Assembly (NCBI GenBank): GCA_052035095.1
Contig: JBPOHW010000005.1
Span: 30,269 to 94,268, forward strand
From: Candidatus Moraniibacteriota bacterium
GTDB lineage: Bacteria > Patescibacteriota > Minisyncoccia > Moranbacterales > UBA1568
DNA: 64,000 bases
Reading direction: 5' to 3'
The position numbers and the translations under genes are program-made. Shown one piece after another: positions 48,592-56,413 of the stretch (position 1 is the stretch's first letter; each line of letters starts with the position of its first letter). The notes beneath the pieces are model-generated. The model ran no database searches and had not been told where the DNA came from. It saw only the letters and a program-made list of their open reading frames with translations.

Positions 48592-49032
48592 TCAAATTCC
48601 CATCACCTGCACGATGACATCGCGTTTCCGCGCGCCGTCAAACTCGACCGCGAAAATACTCTGAAGGGATGAAAGAATAAGATCGCCTCGCTCAATAAGA
48701 ATATTTTCACTCGACCCCATAAGGAGCGCCTTGCAGTGAGAATGCCCGTTGCTTCGACCGTCCGAAGGACATTCTTTGCGAATTTCAAAAAGATCGTGTG
48801 AATAATGATCGTCAACCGGCGCCACTTTGTAGAGCACACGCATAAAATCCTGAAGGAGGAGCGGCTCATTGTGATTGATGACGACGCCCATCGTCGTATG
48901 CGGCACAAAAATCGTCACCTGCCCCTGTCGAATCCCCGATTCCTTCACGATATCTCGAACACGATCCGTAATATCGACAAAGTCGATCTGCGTCCGACTC
49001 TCAAAGGGAAGCAATTGTTTGTGTATTCTCAT
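48592..49032 (-). CDS. YjbQ/UPF0047 family protein
   Basis: DITDRV, PHTT, NGHSH, EFDGAR. Confidence 0.88.
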   Translation of the reverse strand: MRIHKQLLPFESRTQIDFVDITDRVRDIVKESGIRQGQVTIFVPHTTMGVVINHNEPLLLQDFMRVLYKVAPVDDHYSHDLFEIRKECPSDGRSNGHSHCKALLMGSSENILIERGDLILSSLQSIFAVEFDGARKRDVIVQVMGI

Positions 49033-49054
49033 AATCCCTCCGTTTTATTAGAAC

Positions 49055-49369
49055 TTACACGTTTGAAAGCACCTCCTTAAGCGCCCCTTTTTTTTGAACC
49101 CCTGAAAACTCCTTTACCACTTTCCCGCCCTTAAAAATTTTGAGACTCGGAATAGACATAATGCCATATTCTGACGCCATCTTGGGATTCTCATCCACAT
49201 CAAGTTTCCCCACTTTGGCTTTTCCTTTCATTTCTTCCGCCACTTCATCAATGATCGGACCCATCATCTGGCACGGTCCGCACCACGGCGCCCAAAAATC
49301 AACAAGAACCGGCTGGTCACTCTTCAAAACTTCGCTGTCGAAATTACTATCGGTAAATGTAAGCGCCAT
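49055..49369 (-). CDS. trxA: Thioredoxin
   Basis: VDFWAPWCGPC; start at MALTFT. Confidence 0.96.
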   Translation of the reverse strand: MALTFTDSNFDSEVLKSDQPVLVDFWAPWCGPCQMMGPIIDEVAEEMKGKAKVGKLDVDENPKMASEYGIMSIPSLKIFKGGKVVKEFSGVQKKGALKEVLSNV

Positions 49370-49403
49370 AAAAATAAAATTAGGAATGAGGAATTGCAAA
49401 GCC

Positions 49404-49694
49404 CTACTTCTCCGTACCGAGAATATCGCCGCCCTTGCCGTTGCCGCCCAAGAAATCCGAGAGCTCGTGCGCGAAGGTACTGTCGTGTTTGCCGATCCAG
49501 GCGAGAAGCATCGCCGCATGCTCTTTCTCCTCGTCGCGATTGTGTTCGAGAATCCCGCGAAGCTCTTCGTCGGTCGCCACGTCCGCGCGCTCATTATACC
49601 ACGCAACCGCCTCAAGCTCTTCCTTCAGAGAATCAATCGCCCGCGTCATATCCACCACCTCGGGACTCAACTGTTCTCTATTTTCGTACAACAT
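49404..49694 (-). CDS. Encapsulated-ferritin-like (EncFtn/Flp) protein
   Basis: RAIDSLKEELEAVAWY..R...LEHNRDEEKEHAAM. Confidence 0.85.
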   Translation of the reverse strand: MLYENREQLSPEVVDMTRAIDSLKEELEAVAWYNERADVATDEELRGILEHNRDEEKEHAAMLLAWIGKHDSTFAHELSDFLGGNGKGGDILGTEK

Positions 49695-49734
49695 AGAAAG
49701 AATATTAATGGTTAACACCAAAACACCCTGAAAT

Positions 49735-49862
49735 CTTCTATCATGCACGCCGAGACTGCAATCCCGCCTTGGCGGGACGAAAGTTTGCTCCGAGCCCAAC
49801 GAGGAGCATGTGAGAAAAATTATTTTTTGCGGTCGAGGCAACTCACAAGATAGCAGAGATTA
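49735..49862. repeat. Palindromic element family B, copy 3 (with nested GC hairpin)
   Basis: Matches copy 2 except that part of the left arm is replaced by TCCCGCCTTGGCGGGA. Confidence 0.8.
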
Positions 49863-49933
49863 AAGTAAGTTGGTATAGCATCCCTTCATTACAGGTATTG
49901 TAGCATACGTCGAATAAATCAAAAACGCGCACC

Positions 49934-49961
49934 GTAGAGACACAAAATCTTTCGTCTCTAC
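49934..49961. repeat. GTAG-type REP-like palindrome
   Basis: GTAGAGAC-acaaaatctttc-GTCTCTAC. Confidence 0.55.
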
Positions 49962-49962
49962 C

Positions 49963-51870
49963 CTAATTTTCACCCTTCCGCAGTACTTCGAGAAACGCCT
50001 TTGGCGGGATGGTAACGCCACCGATCGCTCGCATTTTTTTCTTGCCTTTTTTCTGTTTTTCGAGTAGCTTCCGTTTTCGCGTCACATCGCCGCCATAAAG
50101 CTTTGCGATGACATCCTTCCGAAACGCCGAGATTGTTTCGCGCGCGATCACTTTGCCACCGATCGCCGCTTGAATCGCCACCGCAAAATTGTGTCGAGGA
50201 ATGACGCTCTTTAGCTTTTCAACCGTCACCTTCCCTTCGGAATACGCCTCGCGCTTCGGCACCATACGCGAGAACGCGTCAACTGGCTCATCCGCCACGA
50301 TAATATCAAGTCGCACCACATCCGAAACCCGATACCCGATGGGGTCATAATTCATCGACGCGAATCCCGACGAAACACTCTTCAGTCGATCATGAAAATT
50401 CACGATCACATCCATAAGCGGCGCCTCAAAAGAAAGCAAGATGCGCTCTTCGTCGAGATACTCGGTATTCTTGTACTCCGCCCGAATAGATGATCCCAAA
50501 TCGAGAATCGCACCCAAGTACGAAGCGGGCGCGACTACCTTGAGATCCACATAGGGTTCATAGATCGCCTCAATCGAAGCGGGATCAGGCATATCCATCG
50601 GAGAATACATCGGGAGGCGACCCTCCTTGCCACGCTGTTCGATTTCATAGACAACCGACGGCGTCGTAATGGTCGGGGTCAAAGAAAACTCCCGTTCAAG
50701 CCGCGCCTGCACGATTTCTAGGTGAAGGAGCCCCAAAAAACCACACCGAAATCCGCGACCGAGCGCGGCGTTACTCTCCGGTTCAAACGCGAACGCGGCA
50801 TCATTGAGTTTCAATTTTTCCAGAGCGTCGCGCATTTCGGTATAGTCGTCGCCGTCAACCGGATAAAGATTTGCGTACACCATCGGTTTCACGTCTTTGT
50901 ATCCGGGAAGCGGTTCGACGGATCCGGCATCCACCCGTTTCGGATTTCGATCGCTCCGAACGGAAAGTGTCACCGTATCACCGACACGACACGAGGCGAC
51001 ATCCTTTTGTCCCGTCGCGATATAGCCGATATCGCCCGCAGAAAGCTCGTCCGTCGACACAAGCTCCGGCTTCATCATCCCGACTTCAATGGCGATACTC
51101 TCGGTCTCCGTCGCCATCATACGAAGCATATTCTCCCGCCGAACCGATCCATCCACAATGCGCACATAAGCGACCACGCCCTTGTACGTATTGTACGCCG
51201 AGTCAAAAATGAGCGCGCGAAGCGGGGCATCTTCCCTTCCTGTAGGCGCCGGCACCCGTTCAATGACCGCGCGGAGAATTTCGGAAACACCAATCCCCGT
51301 TTTTCCCGACGCGAGAAGAATATCGTCTTCGCGACACCCGAGAATATGTAGAATTTCCTTTTTCGTTTTCTCGACATTCGCCGCCGGCAAATCGATTTTG
51401 TTCACAACCGGAATAATCGCGAGCCCCTCTTCAATCGCCAGGTACAAGTTAGCAAGCGTTTGCGCCTGCACACCTTTGGTCGCGTCCACCAAGAGTATCG
51501 CCCCCTCAACCGCTGCCAAGGATCGCGACACCTCATAATGAAAATCCACATGCCCGGGCGTATCGATGAGATTCATGATGTACTCGCCACTTTCAACCGA
51601 CAACTCACCGCTATCAGCTGTTCGCCTCAAACTGTTCATTGTCAGTTGTTTGTTGTCAGTCGTTTGTCGGTACCCATACTTCATCCGAACCGGTTGAAGC
51701 TTGATCGTGATGCCTCGTTCGCGCTCCAAGTCCATCTGATCGAGGAGCTGTTCCTTCATTTTTCGCGCCTCGACCGTCCCCGTCATTTCCAAAAGCCGAT
51801 CGGCCAAGGTCGACTTCCCGTGATCAATATGCGCGATAATGCAAAAGTTTCTTATAAACCGTTGATCCAT
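49963..51870 (-). CDS. lepA: Elongation factor 4
   Basis: IRNFCIIAHIDHGKSTLADR, DTPGHVDF, GFLGLLHLEI, KLYGGDVTRKRKLLEKQK. Confidence 0.97.
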   Translation of the reverse strand: MDQRFIRNFCIIAHIDHGKSTLADRLLEMTGTVEARKMKEQLLDQMDLERERGITIKLQPVRMKYGYRQTTDNKQLTMNSLRRTADSGELSVESGEYIMNLIDTPGHVDFHYEVSRSLAAVEGAILLVDATKGVQAQTLANLYLAIEEGLAIIPVVNKIDLPAANVEKTKKEILHILGCREDDILLASGKTGIGVSEILRAVIERVPAPTGREDAPLRALIFDSAYNTYKGVVAYVRIVDGSVRRENMLRMMATETESIAIEVGMMKPELVSTDELSAGDIGYIATGQKDVASCRVGDTVTLSVRSDRNPKRVDAGSVEPLPGYKDVKPMVYANLYPVDGDDYTEMRDALEKLKLNDAAFAFEPESNAALGRGFRCGFLGLLHLEIVQARLEREFSLTPTITTPSVVYEIEQRGKEGRLPMYSPMDMPDPASIEAIYEPYVDLKVVAPASYLGAILDLGSSIRAEYKNTEYLDEERILLSFEAPLMDVIVNFHDRLKSVSSGFASMNYDPIGYRVSDVVRLDIIVADEPVDAFSRMVPKREAYSEGKVTVEKLKSVIPRHNFAVAIQAAIGGKVIARETISAFRKDVIAKLYGGDVTRKRKLLEKQKKGKKKMRAIGGVTIPPKAFLEVLRKGEN

Positions 51871-52354
51871 AATTTCCTTCCAATTCAAAATAAAAAGAAG
51901 CCCCCTCAAAAGCTCCTTTACGGTAGTATAAACCCAAAGAAAAGGCAATCTGGCATTATTGGAGTCTATAACTAAACCCGTGCCCAAAAAAAACAACCAT
52001 CTATGCCCTATACGAAGTCAAAACATTGAGTCCTGCCTCCCTCAAAAAAATACTCCTCGTTTTGGAGGATATAGAACTCTCGAGCGAACTCACAGTGCCA
52101 TACATATGAGATACTTAAAAAGTCGCAAAAAAAGGGCAACTTTTCAACAGTGCCAGGGCTATAGGACGAAATCAGAATATATTTGTCTACTGCCATAGTA
52201 CCACAAACCAACAGAATGAGCGCTTGACAGGCTTATTTTCCCCGTATACACTCGAAACCGTACCTTAACAAACCGAGAACGCGCCGAAAAGGTCACTCAA
52301 AATGTGCGGGTACATGCGTTTTTTTTGCCAACCACCCTCGAAGAGGATCATTTC

Positions 52355-53677
52355 ATGAAACGCTTCACAGTGATTGCAACATGCCTCTCTGTTTACATAA
52401 GTCTCCCTGTAGAAACATTTGCATTCAATGGTCCGAATATCCCAAGGGAGGTGCCCTTTACGGAAAATGATGTGACGTACACGTCGTATATCCAAACCTG
52501 GCACCCATGGTACAACCAGAGCTATATCTGCTATTTCCCCGCTAATCTCGACCCTGATCAGATGCCTGTTATCGCGAACTATAATCAGGGTCCTCCATAT
52601 CAGCATGCGTGGATCATACTCAATCCCGCCTCTTCTTCCCAAGCCTGGGATAGTACCGCCTATCATAGTAACGCCTTGTGTTATTGGCGTTATGGCTATA
52701 ACTGGCTCACCCCATTCGTTCCAACGCAGGTTGTCAATCCGGCGACATACACATGGTTTGATTGGCACTACTCGGGACCTGCCGGATACGATATCCGTGA
52801 AGACCTGATTCGAGTATACGGAGGCGTGGATCTCAAGGTGAACTTCTCCTACAACTGGGATGGGCAGTTCAATCTGCCGAACCTCTCATCTGGGGATTAT
52901 GTTTTGCAGAGTGATCCCGTTGCCACACCACTCAGTTTCCCGCTTAGCGGTTATACGGCGTATACGGCTTCAGTGTCATCAGTGATGGATCATTCAATGA
53001 CGACTCCGTATACGAAAGATGGGACAGTGTCAGCCTTCAATGGTGAAGAAGGAAATGTCGATAATGGATGCTGGTGCTATTCGACGAGTTCTGCTTGTAA
53101 CTCAAGTAATTACACGAGTTGTTTCGCTGCTGGGTTTAAAAACTTAGAAGAAACCGGTTTCCTAAGTGGCGTCATTGCTTATGATGACCAGTATCTCTAC
53201 TACGATGGTCACCCTGGATATGACTATCCCGCTACTTTGGGAACGGATATTCATGCTCCAGCCGACGGCACTCTTTGTGTTGCTACCACTCATACAGCAC
53301 AACGAAACCCGGCGAATGTATGGCGCGATGAATCTCATTGTCCATTGCCATCGGTAGTGACCACAAGATGGCTGGATTCCGATGGGTATAACACTTTCTA
53401 CATCTTCCATGAAGGGTTGCACGTCAATGGGTCTACAAATGACTACATGACGGTCTTCCTTCACAGCAATGATCTGGAAAGTACAGTTCGAGGTAATATT
53501 CAGCAATACGGATACACTCAAGTTTCAAGGAACCAGCATATTGCTGAAGTGGGTGATGTAGGTGCCCCTGGCGCATACCATGTACATCTCGAGGTGTACA
53601 AGAAAAATGGCGAGAACTGGGATCGCGTCGATCCCTATGGCGACGGAACCAACAACATTCTGTGGGAGCGGAATTAA
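52355..53677 (+). CDS. Secreted M23-family metallopeptidase with uncharacterised N-terminal domain
   Basis: Signal peptide, GHPGYDY (HxxxD), HVHLE (HxH), VDPY; promoter TTGACA-17-TACACT at 52224-52252; GAGGA RBS. Confidence 0.82.
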   Translation: MKRFTVIATCLSVYISLPVETFAFNGPNIPREVPFTENDVTYTSYIQTWHPWYNQSYICYFPANLDPDQMPVIANYNQGPPYQHAWIILNPASSSQAWDSTAYHSNALCYWRYGYNWLTPFVPTQVVNPATYTWFDWHYSGPAGYDIREDLIRVYGGVDLKVNFSYNWDGQFNLPNLSSGDYVLQSDPVATPLSFPLSGYTAYTASVSSVMDHSMTTPYTKDGTVSAFNGEEGNVDNGCWCYSTSSACNSSNYTSCFAAGFKNLEETGFLSGVIAYDDQYLYYDGHPGYDYPATLGTDIHAPADGTLCVATTHTAQRNPANVWRDESHCPLPSVVTTRWLDSDGYNTFYIFHEGLHVNGSTNDYMTVFLHSNDLESTVRGNIQQYGYTQVSRNQHIAEVGDVGAPGAYHVHLEVYKKNGENWDRVDPYGDGTNNILWERN

Positions 53678-53708
53678 CTTCCCGTCTAAACGGCAACGTC
53701 CGTAAACT

Positions 53709-53742
53709 AAAACCCCTGTCAGGAAATCTGGCAGGGGTTTTT
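53709..53742 (+). terminator. Bidirectional intrinsic terminator
   Basis: AAAACCCCTGTCAG-gaaat-CTGGCAGGGGTTTTT. Confidence 0.8.
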
Positions 53743-53770
53743 ATTTTGAGATAACTTTAAACCTATGCAA

Positions 53771-54637
53771 TCAGTGACCTGAAGAGAGTGCAAATGTTTG
53801 TACAAGTTCTTTTAAATTTTCAAAAGAGGCGCGTATTTTTTCAGCAGTCTTACCGGTTCGATACCACGCGATAATACCACACGCCTTATCCACATTGTAA
53901 GCATTTCCACCGCGACATTCTGGGGTATTGACATATCCTCGCAACTCAATTTCTTCTGGAGTATCGGCATAGGGAACAAAGGCTGCACCAATCCAAACAA
54001 GTTTATCTTTATATCGAGCTGTATATGTTGGACCCTCTAATGAGGTATTTAGGCTATTAAATAAAGAAGGATCAGATATAAACTTTACACCTGATTTGTT
54101 GACAACCAAAACATTATCATTTTGAATTTTAGGTTGTATGGTTGAGATTGTTACAGAATCTCCTTTAAAGTTGCAAACCTTGCTAGGATTATTTGGGATG
54201 TTTAAATCCAATAATTTAATTTCCAAATTAATTGGTGCGCTAGAGAATTTAAGGACAACATTATATAATCCCCATTGATATTTTTTCGTTAAATTAATCA
54301 TCATCGGAAGAGGAACTTCACAAGGAGGGAGGCTAATGCTATTTCTGTTGCCATTTTCAACTACAACAGCTCCCCAGTCAGCCGGATAGTCAAACGATAA
54401 TCCTAGATCTTTATTTTGATATGTTTTCCAACTTTCAATCGGTTCAGCAACAACAGGGGTGTTTTTTTCACTCGAATCTATAATGGGCGGTGCCGAATTT
54501 TCTTTCGTCCGTGGCGTATTTTGAACACCAGCTCTATCAATGAGTCTTCCACATTGATAGCTCACCACAAGAGCAACTCCCAAAAACAGAACTACAGCCA
54601 TACCAATCCACAAAACTTTCTTTTGAGTTTTCTCCAT
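53771..54637 (-). CDS. Membrane-anchored exported protein (PsbP-like N-motif), AT-rich
   Basis: TM anchor, WKTYQNKDLGLSFDYPADW motif. Confidence 0.7.
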   Translation of the reverse strand: MEKTQKKVLWIGMAVVLFLGVALVVSYQCGRLIDRAGVQNTPRTKENSAPPIIDSSEKNTPVVAEPIESWKTYQNKDLGLSFDYPADWGAVVVENGNRNSISLPPCEVPLPMMINLTKKYQWGLYNVVLKFSSAPINLEIKLLDLNIPNNPSKVCNFKGDSVTISTIQPKIQNDNVLVVNKSGVKFISDPSLFNSLNTSLEGPTYTARYKDKLVWIGAAFVPYADTPEEIELRGYVNTPECRGGNAYNVDKACGIIAWYRTGKTAEKIRASFENLKELVQTFALSSGH

Positions 54638-54712
54638 AAGGCATATTTTCAACGAATGATTACACTGGGGATTATTGCAAATATCTTCAAGATTGTAAAA
54701 CTTTTTTTTGAC

Positions 54713-56356
54713 TTATACTCCCCCGAGCGACGACTCTTCCTCGGCCTCTTTTAAAACCTGCGGCTGTTTTAAGACGCGAGAAACAATGAAGCGCCACACT
54801 TGTTCAAGCTCCTCAATCTTCAGAATCCACGCGGAAGCAATAAAAGCCGCGATACCAAAAAGTCCGGCAAGTACCAACTCAAGAAACACTTCGACAAACG
54901 TATCAAGCTCGACATTGCCGAGTCCGAAAAAAAACTTCACCGACTGCACGGCGAGAAGCGCGCACAGAGAGGCGAGTACCATCTTGGACACCGCCGTAAA
55001 GAAAGACTGGTCGCTCCATACTCCGACTCGCTTTCGCAGAAAGAAAAAGAGGAGAAGCGCATTTACAATGCTCGCAACAGAGAAGGAAAGCGCGAGCGAA
55101 AGGGGTCCCCATGCCTCTATATATGCGACCAACACGGCTATATGAATCACCTCCGAAAAAAGGGCGAGAAAGAGCGGCGTCTTGGTGTCTTGAAGTGAAA
55201 AGAATGCCCTCGCGAAGAGAGGAATCAAACTCTGCGCGAACAGACTCGCGGAGAGGATGCCCAGAATTTCAAAAGTAAGCGTCGTATCCTCCCAATCAAA
55301 CGCTCCCGTCCCCAAAATGACGCGGACAATCTGCGCGCGGAGCGCTATTATCATAAAACTTGCCGGGAGCACAAAAAACAAAACTTGTCGCGATGTTTTG
55401 ATCAGTATTTCCAAAAACCGGCGGCGATCATCCTTGGCGACAAATCCGGAAAGCGCCGGAAAGGCGGCAAGTGAGAAAGCAACACCAAAGAGTCCCAAAG
55501 GGACACTTTGAATATTATTGGCGAGCGTGAAGGCGGCAAGCGTCCCCGGCGCCAAGAAGGAGGCGAACATCGTCACTACGAGAAAACTCACCTGACCCAC
55601 CGCGATACCGAGGGATCGTGGCACCATCAGACGGATAACTCGCCACACTTCTCTATTTGCACAAGAAAACGCGCCGAATGAAATTCGAAAGCCCGCTTTT
55701 CGGACGCTCGGATACTGAACAAGCGCGTGAAGCGCCGTCCCGAGCACTACGCCGATCGCGAGTCCCGAAGGACCGAAGAACTTCGAGAAAAATACAGCGC
55801 CGAGAATTATGCCGACATTGTAGAAGAGCGGAGCGAGTGAAAAAACAATGAAATTTCGAAACGATACCAAAACACTCCCAAAAACAGCGCTCATACCGAG
55901 AAAAATCGGTCCGATGAGCATAATCCGCATAAGATTCATGGAGAGCTCTTGTTTCTCGGAAGAAAATCCGGAAACGATGAAGTTCATAATCGGCTCCGCA
56001 AAAACAAAAGCGAGAAGCGCCGTGCAACCCAAGACGCATACAACCAGCACAAAAACGCCGCTCGCCAAATCCCACGCGGATCGCCCTCCGTTCCTTTCGC
56101 GAAGCTCCGTAAATACGGGAACAAAAGCCGCCGAAAGAGCACCGGCGACAAGAAGCCCGTAAAGAAAATCCGGGATGCGAAAGGCGGCATAGTAGGCATC
56201 GAGCACATCGCCCGCGCCAAATGTCCCCGCAAGAATGCGGTCCCGAACAAATCCCAGCAGTCGACTCGCCACCCCAAAGAGAGCGATCACGAGCGCCGCG
56301 CCCCCCACCGTCGTGTTTTCCCTTCCGTGAAACATCGAGCAGGTGCGTGAAAACAT
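54713..56356 (-). CDS. murJ: Lipid II flippase MurJ
   Basis: SRLLGFVRD, AAFRIPD, GALSAAFVPVF, RAFFSLQDTKTP. Confidence 0.94.
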   Translation of the reverse strand: MFSRTCSMFHGRENTTVGGAALVIALFGVASRLLGFVRDRILAGTFGAGDVLDAYYAAFRIPDFLYGLLVAGALSAAFVPVFTELRERNGGRSAWDLASGVFVLVVCVLGCTALLAFVFAEPIMNFIVSGFSSEKQELSMNLMRIMLIGPIFLGMSAVFGSVLVSFRNFIVFSLAPLFYNVGIILGAVFFSKFFGPSGLAIGVVLGTALHALVQYPSVRKAGFRISFGAFSCANREVWRVIRLMVPRSLGIAVGQVSFLVVTMFASFLAPGTLAAFTLANNIQSVPLGLFGVAFSLAAFPALSGFVAKDDRRRFLEILIKTSRQVLFFVLPASFMIIALRAQIVRVILGTGAFDWEDTTLTFEILGILSASLFAQSLIPLFARAFFSLQDTKTPLFLALFSEVIHIAVLVAYIEAWGPLSLALSFSVASIVNALLLFFFLRKRVGVWSDQSFFTAVSKMVLASLCALLAVQSVKFFFGLGNVELDTFVEVFLELVLAGLFGIAAFIASAWILKIEELEQVWRFIVSRVLKQPQVLKEAEEESSLGGV

Positions 56357-56413
56357 TCGACAAAGAATCCCCCTCATACAAAAGTCAAGAAAACCAAAAA
56401 GCAACGATATTTT

